Origin: Acidobacteriota bacterium
GTDB lineage: Bacteria; Acidobacteriota; CAIWXX01
Length of the DNA stretch: 64,000 nt
Assembly: GCA_040755995.1 (NCBI GenBank)
Contig: JBFMAF010000013.1
Location: forward strand, 64,757 to 128,756
Direction: 5' to 3'
Under the pieces are notes generated by a model that searched no databases, was not told the origin of the DNA, and was given only the letters and a program-made list of their open reading frames with translations. This document shows, piece after piece, positions 30,776 through 40,100 of the stretch. The position numbers and the translations under genes were made by a program. Position 1 is the first letter of the stretch. The number at the start of each line of letters is the position of its first letter.

Positions 30776-31753
30776 ATGAGTCAGAATTTCGTAAGCGACA
30801 TACGCCGGAAGGCAGCGGCGCGGCATCTTCGGGTGGCGTTGCCGGATGCCAATGACATCCGGGCGATTAAGGCGGCGATCGAGCTCAAGAGGGAACGCAT
30901 CGCCGTGCCACTGCTGGTGGGTAGTGCCCGCGAGATCGAGGACGTGGCCAAGGCGAACGGGATTTCGATCGCCGATCTGGAGATCGCCGATCCGGCTACC
31001 TCGACTCACCGCGAGAAGCTCGCGAACGTGCTTTACGAGAAGCGTAAGGCCAAGGGGATGACGCCGGAGGCCGCAGCAAAGACGGCGTTGAATCAGCTGT
31101 ACTTCGCCGGACTTCTGCTGGACGCCGACGAGGTGCAGGCCTGCGTCGGCGGCAATATCGCCGCCACAGGCGATCTGCTGCGCGCCGCAATCCATACGGT
31201 CGGCGTGGCCACTGGGATCTCGATCGTGAGCAGCTACTTCATCATGGTCCTCGCCGACAGGCTGCTCTGCTTCGCCGACTGCGCCGTGGTGCCCGAACCG
31301 GATGAGGCCCAGCTCTGCGACATCGCAATCAGCTCGGCGAGAAACTTCCAGGCCGTCACCGGTGAAGAGCCGCGAGTCGCCATGCTGTCGTTCTCGACGA
31401 AGGGCAGCGCCGAGCACCCGCGAGTCGAAAAGGTCCAAAAGGCGGCGAAGCTCCTCCGCGAGCGCGCCCCGGAGATCCCGTCGGACGGGGAGCTCCAGGT
31501 CGACTCCGCCCTGGTCGCATCCGTCGGACTGCGGAAATGCCCAGGGTCGCCAGTGGCCGGGAAGGCCAACGTGCTCATTTTCCCGGACCTGGATTCCGGC
31601 AACATCGGGTACAAGCTGACGCAGAGGCTGGCAGGCGCCGAGGCCATCGGGCCGATCGTGCAGGGGCTACGCAAACCCTACTGCGATCTCTCTCGCGGCT
31701 GCAGCGTTGACGACATGATCAACGTCGCCGCCATCTGCAGCCTCATGGCGTGA
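30776..31753 (+). CDS. pta: Phosphate acetyltransferase (short PTA form).
   Basis: Pta core motifs. GGAGG RBS. Follows ackA. Confidence 0.8.
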   Translation: MSQNFVSDIRRKAAARHLRVALPDANDIRAIKAAIELKRERIAVPLLVGSAREIEDVAKANGISIADLEIADPATSTHREKLANVLYEKRKAKGMTPEAAAKTALNQLYFAGLLLDADEVQACVGGNIAATGDLLRAAIHTVGVATGISIVSSYFIMVLADRLLCFADCAVVPEPDEAQLCDIAISSARNFQAVTGEEPRVAMLSFSTKGSAEHPRVEKVQKAAKLLRERAPEIPSDGELQVDSALVASVGLRKCPGSPVAGKANVLIFPDLDSGNIGYKLTQRLAGAEAIGPIVQGLRKPYCDLSRGCSVDDMINVAAICSLMA

Positions 31754-31923
31754 GGCACTTGCCGGCGCTCCAGGCTTGAGGACGGGCGACCACTACGCTT
31801 CGCGATTTCTTGATGTCCCCGGCGCGGAGGCGCTGAGAACGATCACGAAACGCCGGCGCTTTCGCCGGTGTCCCTTGTCATCGCTCAGCGTCGTGTGTAT
31901 GAGGCGCTGGCTGAGCCGCCGTC

Positions 31924-32694
31924 TCAGCGTGCGTCACCCATCCGTCTCAGTCGCTCCTCAAGCTCCGCCACCCGCGCCTCGGCTCCCAGGCGACGAGCTG
32001 CCTCCTCAGCCGCGCGGCGCTCCGCCTCGATTCGCGCAATCGTCTCTTCTTCCGGAGTCGGAATCCACCTGGCGCTAGCCGGATCGTACAGCCGCATCAC
32101 GTGCGGCATCTCGGGATCATCATGCGGCCACGACCAGAGCTCCAAACCCAGAACTCGGCTGCTCAATCCCAGCTCCCCTCGCTGATCCTCAAGGTGGGGA
32201 ATCGCCGAATAGAACCTGCCGTCCAGCCGGAACCCTTGAAGGTGCGGCCGGAAATGCTTCCCCTCCGGATCGAACAGAAAGTACTCTGTGACCTGCAGGC
32301 CCTGATACAGGCCCAACTTCCAGCCCAGGCCGGCGCGCCATGAGTTTGGTGACGCGATCTCGAAAACCACGTCCGGCGCTTTCCCTTCCTCCCAGATCAG
32401 ATAGGTCCGTCGTGTCCGCTTCGGCACACCGCAGGCCAGGAAAACATCCGGGGCGACACTCTTGCCCGGGTCTCCTTGCTCGTAATAGACGAGCAGATCA
32501 GAGCCGACGTAGACGTCGGCTCGGTCTCTGAAGTGGAGTTCCAGCGAGAAGCGGGTCCGGACAATGCTTCGATACTGCTGATCATTCTCGGCCATCGGCT
32601 TTCCATCCGAATCGGGGTAGACAATCCCGTTCTCGTCAATGATCGACTGAAGTGGGGGCAGCGCCGGATCCGCTTCGGCTCTCGTGGTGCTCAC
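31924..32694 (-). CDS. Uma2-family (DUF820) putative restriction-endonuclease-like protein.
   Basis: PD-(D/E)XK-like core (GSDLLVYYEQGDPGKSVAPDVF...VVFEIASP) typical of Uma2. Confidence 0.55.
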   Translation of the reverse strand: MSTTRAEADPALPPLQSIIDENGIVYPDSDGKPMAENDQQYRSIVRTRFSLELHFRDRADVYVGSDLLVYYEQGDPGKSVAPDVFLACGVPKRTRRTYLIWEEGKAPDVVFEIASPNSWRAGLGWKLGLYQGLQVTEYFLFDPEGKHFRPHLQGFRLDGRFYSAIPHLEDQRGELGLSSRVLGLELWSWPHDDPEMPHVMRLYDPASARWIPTPEEETIARIEAERRAAEEAARRLGAEARVAELEERLRRMGDAR

Positions 32695-33111
32695 GCTATC
32701 TCCTCCAACCTCAAGCTGCGATCACTATACTTCCATGTGGAGGCGGTTTCAAGGCCGCGCCACTCGCACTCGCACAGGAAGAGGGGTGGTCAGCCTTTGG
32801 CGTCTGTCAACTCAGCGCCGGGGCCGCGACAGAGAGGAATCAGGGATGCAACGCCTCAAACCGACGAGAGGTGGCCTCGCCTCGAAAGACCAAGGCTGAG
32901 GGTCGAAAGTCGATAGCCCGACGCAGCAACCACTCCGGCGGTCGCCACCTGCCCCGCGAGCAAGACAAGAGATTCAACCTTGCGGGTTTGCAAGACTTTT
33001 CTTGAGCCCCCCGGATGCAGAGTCGAAGCGCTGGCGATGGCACACCGCCGTCCGGAGCCCAATGACTACGCGGCCGCGATAACCCCGGTGACGCCCACGG
33101 CACACGCACGA

Positions 33112-34485
33112 TTACAGCAGCGACAGCTCCTGGTACAGAATCGCCGCGGCCTTGATGCCGCTGAAGTAGTGGTCGAGGTACATGTGCTCGTCGGGCGCGT
33201 GCGAGTTCTCCTCGGGGTGTCCGAAGCCGACCAGGAGACACGGCGTGCGGAAGATCTCGTGAATCGTCGCCACGAATGGAATGCTGCCGCCCTCGCGGAT
33301 GTACAGAGTGCGTACGCCGAAGGCCCGCTCGAGCGCCCGCGCCGCAGCCTTCACGGCGGGGTGTTCGATAGGCGTCAGAAAGCCCTTCCCGCCGTGCAGG
33401 CTCCTCACCTCGATGCCGATCGAGGCCGGGGCGACTTCTCTCACATAGTGCGCGAAGAGCTCAGCGATCTTCTCGGGATCCTGGTTCGCCACGAGCCGCA
33501 TGCTGATCTTGGCCTTGGCCCACGAGGGAATGATCGTCTTGGCCCCCTCGCCTGAATAGCCTCCCCAGATGCCGTTGCAGTCGAGCGTCGGGCGCGCCCA
33601 CATGCGTTCAAGATCGGTGTAGCCGAGCTCGCCCGTGAGCTGCTTCACGCCTGCGGCGGCCCGCAGCGTCTCGGTGTCGAGCGGCAGCCGGGCCAGCGCC
33701 TCGCGTTCTTCCTGGCTGATCTGTATCACATCATCGTAGAAACCGGGAATCTGGACCCGGCCGGCCTTGTCCTTCATCGAGGCGATGATCTCGCAGAGGA
33801 CGTTCACCGGGTTGGGAACGATGCCGCCGAAGGAGCCCGAGTGCAGATCCATACCCGGTCCCTTCACGCCGATCTCCATGTAGCAGATCCCGCGGAGGCC
33901 GTAGCAGATCGACGGCATGTTCTTACCGAACATCGGCGTGTCCGAGATGACGACCCAGTCGGCGGCGAGCATCTCTTTGTGCGCTCGCAGGAATCCCTCC
34001 AGGCTGGTAGACCCGACCTCTTCTTCGCCCTCTACGATGAATTTCACGTTGACAGGCAGATCGCCGACAGTGCGCAAGTAGGCTTGGACCGCCTTCAGGT
34101 GAGTATAGAGCTGTCCCTTGTCATCGGTCGCGCCGCGCGCGTAGAGCCTTCCGTCGCGGACCTGAGGTTCGAACGGCGGGCTCGTCCAGAGGTCGACCGG
34201 GTCCACGGGCTGCACATCATAGTGGCCGTACACCAGAACCGTCGGCTTCGCACGGCCTGCGCCAAACTCCGAGTAGACGATCGGGTGCCCCTCAGTCGGG
34301 AACACATCCACCCGCGCCGCGCCGGTTTCGTGCATGCGCATCGCCAGATGATCGGCGCACCGCACCACCTCCGGCTTGTATTCGGTGCTGCTGCTGATAC
34401 TTGGAATCCTGAGGATCTCCATGAGGTCATCGAGGTTCCTCTGCTGGTTGTCTTCGACGAACCGAATCACTTTCTCCATTGACAC
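33112..34485 (-). CDS. M20-family dipeptidase/deacylase (ArgE/DapE/CNDP-like).
   Basis: HYDVQP, ARGATDDKG and the dimerisation-domain pattern. Start could also be M3 at 34479. Confidence 0.7.
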   Translation of the reverse strand: MSMEKVIRFVEDNQQRNLDDLMEILRIPSISSSTEYKPEVVRCADHLAMRMHETGAARVDVFPTEGHPIVYSEFGAGRAKPTVLVYGHYDVQPVDPVDLWTSPPFEPQVRDGRLYARGATDDKGQLYTHLKAVQAYLRTVGDLPVNVKFIVEGEEEVGSTSLEGFLRAHKEMLAADWVVISDTPMFGKNMPSICYGLRGICYMEIGVKGPGMDLHSGSFGGIVPNPVNVLCEIIASMKDKAGRVQIPGFYDDVIQISQEEREALARLPLDTETLRAAAGVKQLTGELGYTDLERMWARPTLDCNGIWGGYSGEGAKTIIPSWAKAKISMRLVANQDPEKIAELFAHYVREVAPASIGIEVRSLHGGKGFLTPIEHPAVKAAARALERAFGVRTLYIREGGSIPFVATIHEIFRTPCLLVGFGHPEENSHAPDEHMYLDHYFSGIKAAAILYQELSLL

Positions 34486-34683
34486 TCTCCGAGTGACCGA
34501 ATATACGAGATTTCCGGGAGCGGCGCAATGCTCACGATGAATGAACGAGCGTCCGCCTCATGCCGAGCGAGGTCGGTCGGGCGGCGGCGTGACGGTGCCT
34601 GGCATCCGGAGCGGTGCGGCAGACAACGATCGGCCCACCTTCACGAATGCTCGGAGGATGCCCGTGGACTGGGGCCGGTCCGC

Positions 34684-35586
34684 TCAATGCGCGCGCGGGT
34701 GGTACTTGTCGTATACGCGCTTGAGGCGCTCCTGCTGGATGTGAGTGTAGATCTGTGTGGTGGAGAGAGAGGCGTGCCCCAGCATCATCTGTAGGGCGCG
34801 GAGATCGGCTCCGTTCTGGAGAAGATGCGTCGCGAACGAATGCCGGATCACGTGAGGGGAGAGCGTCGCCTTGATCCCGGCCTTCGCCGCGTAGTTCCGC
34901 AAGAGCTTCCAGATGGCCTGCCTGGTCAGAAGAGTGGCCCGGTTGTTCAGGAATACGAATTCGGACCCGCGCTTCTTCTCGAGCTTCGGTCGTGCCGAGC
35001 CCAGATAGCGGCGAAGGCTGGATGTGGCGGCCTCTCCCATCGGCACGAGCCGCTCCTTGCCCCCCTTCCCCGTCACTCGCACATATCCCTCGTCGATGTG
35101 AATGTCGGCCAGCCGCAGGCCGACGAGCTCCGAGACGCGCATGCCCGTGGCGTAAAGCAGCTCGAGCCATGCCGCGTCGCGACAGCCGAGCAAGGTCGCC
35201 TCGTCCGGCGCCCCCAGGAGCGTGTCGACTTCCTCGGGGCTCAGGAACTTCGGCAGCGTCGCCCAGAGCCTCGCCGTCTGAATGTCGCTCGACGGGTCGC
35301 TCTTGGCGCGGTTGTCGTAAACGAGATACCGGTGGAAGGACTTGACCGCCGAGAGCAACCTGGCGCTGGACCGGGGGCTGAGACCCGACGAACGCACCGT
35401 CCTCACGAACTCGACGATCGCGTCCCGGCCGGCGCTCAGAACATCGATCCGCCGGCGGGTCAGGAAGGCCGCGTAGCGCCTGAGGTCGCGCTGGTACGCG
35501 ATGAGGGTATTGTGCGCGACCCCGCGTTCAAGCCGCAAGTACTCCAGGAAGTCGCGCAGCACGTCGTCCAATGCCACAGCAGTCAT
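34684..35586 (-). CDS. xerD: Tyrosine site-specific recombinase XerD/XerC.
   Basis: C-terminal HxxRHSFATHLL...LGHASLSTTQIYTHI catalytic box. Confidence 0.75.
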   Translation of the reverse strand: MTAVALDDVLRDFLEYLRLERGVAHNTLIAYQRDLRRYAAFLTRRRIDVLSAGRDAIVEFVRTVRSSGLSPRSSARLLSAVKSFHRYLVYDNRAKSDPSSDIQTARLWATLPKFLSPEEVDTLLGAPDEATLLGCRDAAWLELLYATGMRVSELVGLRLADIHIDEGYVRVTGKGGKERLVPMGEAATSSLRRYLGSARPKLEKKRGSEFVFLNNRATLLTRQAIWKLLRNYAAKAGIKATLSPHVIRHSFATHLLQNGADLRALQMMLGHASLSTTQIYTHIQQERLKRVYDKYHPRAH

Positions 35587-36059
35587 GGCGCGGATTCGGA
35601 CTCAAGCTCGTTCGCTTTCGCCCTTCTCTCCAGAATGAACGTCACGGGTCCGTCGTTCACCAGGCGCACCATCATCATCGCCTGGAAGACCCCCTGCTTG
35701 ACCGGCGCAGAGCCCTCGCCAAGTTTCCCCACGAACTGTCCGAACAGCCGCTCGGCTCTGCGGGGCTCTTCGGCCAGCACGAAGTCGGGACGACGTCCCT
35801 TGCCGATGCGGGACGCAAGCGTGAACTGTGAGACCGCCAGGATCTCCCCGCCGATCTCCTCGACCGAGAGATTCATCTTCCCCTGCCCGTCGTCGAAGAT
35901 GCGCAGAGATCGGATCTTGTTCGCCATCCAGCCGATTTCCGCCTCGCCATCCCCCTTCTCGACACAGGCTAGCACCAGCAGGCCCTTGCCGATTGCCGAC
36001 ACCTCGCGGTTGTCCACCGACACGCCGGCCTGGAGCACTCGCTGCACTACGGCTCTCAT
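35583..36059 (-). CDS. dtd: D-aminoacyl-tRNA deacylase (Dtd).
   Basis: MRAVVQRV...SQFTL motifs. ATGA overlap with murJ upstream and with xerD downstream. Confidence 0.7.
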   Translation of the reverse strand: MRAVVQRVLQAGVSVDNREVSAIGKGLLVLACVEKGDGEAEIGWMANKIRSLRIFDDGQGKMNLSVEEIGGEILAVSQFTLASRIGKGRRPDFVLAEEPRRAERLFGQFVGKLGEGSAPVKQGVFQAMMMVRLVNDGPVTFILERRAKANELESESAP

Positions 36060-37600
36060 CTGCGCCTGATGCTCCTGATGATGGCTCCAGCTTCCTCGAT
36101 GCCCGAAGCCCTGGCGAGTACGAATAGAAGGGCCATGCCCACGGGTATGACGATCCCCAGACGCAAGGGCAGCATTCCCAGGCGTCCGCCGGGCAGATAC
36201 CTGTAAAGTGCCCACACCACCACACCCATCGCCGCAGATACACAGAAGCTCCTCAACACCGGGAAGAGCAACCGAGTCTGCTCGAACGGCGAGAGCTTTC
36301 GCTTGAGCCGGTAGATCAGAAGAGTGTAGTTGACCCATGCAGCCAGGCTGGTGGTGAGAGCGATCGAACTGAATCCGATCACGTACGACAGACTGATGTT
36401 GCAGATGATCTTGAGCCCGATGGCGGTCGCACTGACCTTCAGAGGGAAGTATGGATCGCCGAGCGCGTAGAATGCGGGCACAAGTATCTTCACGGCGGCA
36501 TATGCAGAGAGGCCGAAGACGTAGAGCACGAGCACCGAGGCGGTGGCCTCGGAGTCCTCGTGCGTGAACCGGCCATGCTCGAAAATTACCTGGATTATGG
36601 GCAGAGCAAGGGCGATCAGCCCCGCGCTGGCGGCGAAGTTCAGGAAGAATGATGTCTTCACCGATGTTGCAATGCTGTGCGCGGCCGCCTCGGTCTCGCC
36701 GCCCGCGAGCATCCGAGACACAGCCGCCAGGTTGACCGTGGCCAGGCTGACGCCGAAAAGCCCTATCGGAAGCTGCATGAGCCGGAAGGCGTAGACCAGC
36801 CAGGTCACCGGCCCGTTCCCGAAGTGAGATGCGATCTGCGTGTCGATGACCACGTTGATTTGCGTGACAGACAGCCCGATGATCGCCGGCGCCATCATGC
36901 CGGCAATCTTGCGGACCGCCGGATCGCGGACGCTGGCGACGGCCGAGTAACGGTATCCCTCGCGCCGCAGCGTCGGGATCTGCACACCGAGCTGGGCGAT
37001 GCCGCCGAGCATCGACCCGGTCGCGAGCGCGATGATCGGCTGTATGCCGAATCGCGGCATGATGGGGGCCAGCAGCAGCGTCACGACGATGTTGACGACG
37101 TTGAAAAGCGCCGGCGCGATGGCCGGCAGGAAGAAGTGGCCGAGCGCATTCAGGGCTCCCATCACCGCCGCAGCGAGCGAGACGAACAGGAGAAACGGTG
37201 AAAGTATCCGGGCCATGACAGTGGCCAGCTCGGCCTTGCCGGCGATGTCGAAGAAGCCCGAGGCGAGCACCCAGGTGAGCTCGCGGGCGAAGACGAAGAT
37301 CAGGACGGTGATTGCGCCGAGCAGGATCAGGAGCGCGTTGATGACGAGGTTCGCGAGGCGGAACGCCTCGGTCTTGCTGACATTGCGCAGCTTGTCCGTG
37401 AAGACCGGCACAAACGCCGCGCTCAGTGCGCCCTCGGCGAAGAGATCGCGGAGCAGATTGGGGATGCGGAACGCGGTGTTGTAGGCGTCTGTGGCGAGGC
37501 CCGCGCCGAAGAGAGCCGCAATGACCTGCTCGCGAACGAGCCCGAGTATCCGGCTGATCCCCGTCGCTATGGTGATGCCGAGTGCCGAGGAGAGACGCAT
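36056..37600 (-). CDS. murJ: Lipid II flippase MurJ (MviN).
   Basis: RILGLVREQVIAALFGAGLATDAYNTAFRIPNLLRDLFAEGALSAAFVPVF. Start set at M57 to avoid a 158-bp overlap with lptFG. Confidence 0.8.
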   Translation of the reverse strand: MRLSSALGITIATGISRILGLVREQVIAALFGAGLATDAYNTAFRIPNLLRDLFAEGALSAAFVPVFTDKLRNVSKTEAFRLANLVINALLILLGAITVLIFVFARELTWVLASGFFDIAGKAELATVMARILSPFLLFVSLAAAVMGALNALGHFFLPAIAPALFNVVNIVVTLLLAPIMPRFGIQPIIALATGSMLGGIAQLGVQIPTLRREGYRYSAVASVRDPAVRKIAGMMAPAIIGLSVTQINVVIDTQIASHFGNGPVTWLVYAFRLMQLPIGLFGVSLATVNLAAVSRMLAGGETEAAAHSIATSVKTSFFLNFAASAGLIALALPIIQVIFEHGRFTHEDSEATASVLVLYVFGLSAYAAVKILVPAFYALGDPYFPLKVSATAIGLKIICNISLSYVIGFSSIALTTSLAAWVNYTLLIYRLKRKLSPFEQTRLLFPVLRSFCVSAAMGVVVWALYRYLPGGRLGMLPLRLGIVIPVGMALLFVLARASGIEEAGAIIRSIRRR

Positions 37601-37610
37601 GCGACTCGGC

Positions 37611-39932
37611 CTATGTCTTGATCGTGAAGAGCATGTACAGGCCGATGATGCTGAACAGGATGTTGGAACTCCACGCGGCGAGAAACGGCGGAAGCACCTG
37701 CAGATAGCCCAACGACCTGAACACACCCAGCGTTCCCCAGAAGAGGATCGCGAGTCCCACGGAGACACCGATGCCGTAAAGCGCGCCGTGGCGGCCCATG
37801 AGAAACGAGAACGGCACGGCGATAACCGCCATGATCAGGGTGACGAGAGGGAAGGAGAGCTTCTGCGCGAGCTGCACCCGAAACTTCACGGTGTCGAACC
37901 CGCTGGCCTCGAGCTCGCCGACGTACTTCTGCAGCTCCAGATACCGCATCTGGTCCGGCATCTTCTGTTCCTTGAAGAAGTGAGTCGGCGTTTCGGGCAG
38001 GTCGATCGTCATGCGCGGCAGCACCCGAAAGCCGCTTGTCTTGCCCTGCTTGAATTCTCTGATCCAGACTCCATCCATCACCCACTGCGTGCCGCGCCAC
38101 ACGGCGGACGCGGCATGAATCCGGCGCACAAGCTGGAACCCCGTGGGATCGAAGTCGAAGATCGAGAGCTGGCCGAATCGCTCGCGCTCGGAGTCGTAGT
38201 AGTTGTAGTTGAAGATGCGGTTGCCGAGGCCGCGCATCCACGTCCGGTTGGACTGGTAGTACGTCTGGACCGGACGGTTCTGGATCTCGTTGAGAAGCTG
38301 GTCGGCCTTCCGGTTCGTTCGCGGCAGAACGTAGTCCTGCACGTAGAACGCCCAGGCGCTCATGAGTGCCGCGCCGGTGATGACGGGGATCGAGATGCGG
38401 TAGAGGCTCAGGCCGCAAGCCTTCATCGCGGTCACCTCGGAACTCTTCGTCAGCAGTCCGTAGGTCACCAGGGTGCCGATCAAGGCGGCCACCGGCAGCA
38501 TGTAGAAAAGCATCTGCGGGAGGTAGTACCAGATGTACTTCAGGATTAGGTAGATCGGCTTGTGATTCTCCAGCGCATCGTCGATGAGCTCGAAGAAAGT
38601 GATGATCACGAACAGCGAGACCAGGCTCGTGAACGTCAGCAGGAAGACCATGCCGAACCTGCGGAGGATGTAGCGGTCGAGGATGTTCGGGAACTTCAGG
38701 AAGACCCTCGGCACACGAAGCACCAGCGCCCGGCCCTTCGGCGAAGCCCTCCTGGGTTGCTGGCCGTTTGCGGCCGCAGGCTGGGTTCTGCCCGCCCGCC
38801 GCTTGAGAAACCCGAACACGGCCCTCTCCCGGGCCGACTGCACCAGGAACACGACACCGGCGACAGCCAGAGTAATATTGGCTGCCCACATGGCCAGAAG
38901 CGGCGACACCTTGCCTTCCTCCGCAAGCTGCTCGCCCGCCGTGATCATGATGTAGTAGTAGATGATGATGCCGAGGCTCAGAACGAATCCCGATGACTTG
39001 CCGCCCTTCTTGGTGACGATGCCCAGCGGGAGGGCCAGCACGCCGAAGACGATGCAGGAGAACGGGAGGGCGAACTTCTTGTGGATTTCGATCCACAGCC
39101 CGAGGGTCGGCTCGCCCTTGGCGGCGCGCAGCTTCTCAGAATCGAACAGTTCGTGGATGTCCTTCTCGCGATCGCGCTTCTGCAGCGCGATTCTTGGGAA
39201 TATGGCGTTGGCGTCCACCTGCTCGACCGAGCTCTCGAAGTGCGTGATTTCATACCTGTCCGGTTCCGAGCTGGACTCGGAGAACGTATGGGTGACTCCG
39301 TCGGTGAGTCTCAGATAGGCCGTCCGCCGCTCAGGATCCACCTGGAACTGGCCCTCTTTGGCAAAAATGATCCGCGGGTTCTCGCGGTTCTTGGTCTCGC
39401 AGATGAACACACCCTGCCAGGTGTCACCGGTCGCAGGTATGTCCTGAATGTAGATGACGAAGTCGGGGATCGACTCGTTGAAGATCCGCGGCCGTATCTG
39501 CTCCTTGGCCTGCGTGAACGCCACGCGATAGAGAATCTGAACGAGCCGATAGTTGCTCCACGGGGCCAGGTACAGCGCGAGCACAGACGCCAGCCCCCAA
39601 CCGGCCAGACAGAAGATCAACACCGGTCTCAGCAGCCGGTAGAGCGAGAACCCCGAGGCCTTGAGTGCCATGATCTCCATGTCGGTCGACATGCGGCCGA
39701 GCCCGATCAGGAGCCCCACGAGGACCGACATCGGGAGCGTGAATGCAGTAATGCCGGGCAGGAAGTAGACCAGGATATGCCACGCGTCGGAGAAGGTGGC
39801 CCCCTTGCGCACGAGCAGCTCGGTGATGTTGAGGATCTGATCCATCAACATGGTGAACGTGTAGACGACGAAGCCCAACAGCGCGGGCGGCGTCATCTCG
39901 CGCAACATGTACCGATCGATCAGCCTCAACAC
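37611..39932 (-). CDS. lptFG: Fused LPS-export ABC permease LptF-LptG (two YjgP/YjgQ domains in one 773-aa polypeptide).
   Basis: Two permease-type N-termini (MLRLIDRYMLRE... and ILDRYILRRFG...), each followed by TM clusters and a periplasmic beta-jellyroll region. Confidence 0.65.
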   Translation of the reverse strand: MLRLIDRYMLREMTPPALLGFVVYTFTMLMDQILNITELLVRKGATFSDAWHILVYFLPGITAFTLPMSVLVGLLIGLGRMSTDMEIMALKASGFSLYRLLRPVLIFCLAGWGLASVLALYLAPWSNYRLVQILYRVAFTQAKEQIRPRIFNESIPDFVIYIQDIPATGDTWQGVFICETKNRENPRIIFAKEGQFQVDPERRTAYLRLTDGVTHTFSESSSEPDRYEITHFESSVEQVDANAIFPRIALQKRDREKDIHELFDSEKLRAAKGEPTLGLWIEIHKKFALPFSCIVFGVLALPLGIVTKKGGKSSGFVLSLGIIIYYYIMITAGEQLAEEGKVSPLLAMWAANITLAVAGVVFLVQSARERAVFGFLKRRAGRTQPAAANGQQPRRASPKGRALVLRVPRVFLKFPNILDRYILRRFGMVFLLTFTSLVSLFVIITFFELIDDALENHKPIYLILKYIWYYLPQMLFYMLPVAALIGTLVTYGLLTKSSEVTAMKACGLSLYRISIPVITGAALMSAWAFYVQDYVLPRTNRKADQLLNEIQNRPVQTYYQSNRTWMRGLGNRIFNYNYYDSERERFGQLSIFDFDPTGFQLVRRIHAASAVWRGTQWVMDGVWIREFKQGKTSGFRVLPRMTIDLPETPTHFFKEQKMPDQMRYLELQKYVGELEASGFDTVKFRVQLAQKLSFPLVTLIMAVIAVPFSFLMGRHGALYGIGVSVGLAILFWGTLGVFRSLGYLQVLPPFLAAWSSNILFSIIGLYMLFTIKT

Positions 39933-40100
39933 GGTCGATCATCCTATCATAAGCAGTTGCCGGTTGACGGTTGTCGGTTGACAGCAGGCTCCGGCGGAAT
40001 CTTCCTTGCGCCCTTCACCCGCGCAGGCCGCGGCCCGCCGGAGTCCACCGGACCGCGTCCCCGCGTTCTCGCGACTCTACGCAGACGAACCGCCGCCGGC

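Noticed and set aside
34684-35586. XerD as evidence of a prophage or integrative element.
   Set aside because: XerC/D-type C-terminal motifs and placement in a murJ-dtd-xerD housekeeping string point to the chromosomal dimer-resolution recombinase. No att-like repeats or phage genes are nearby.
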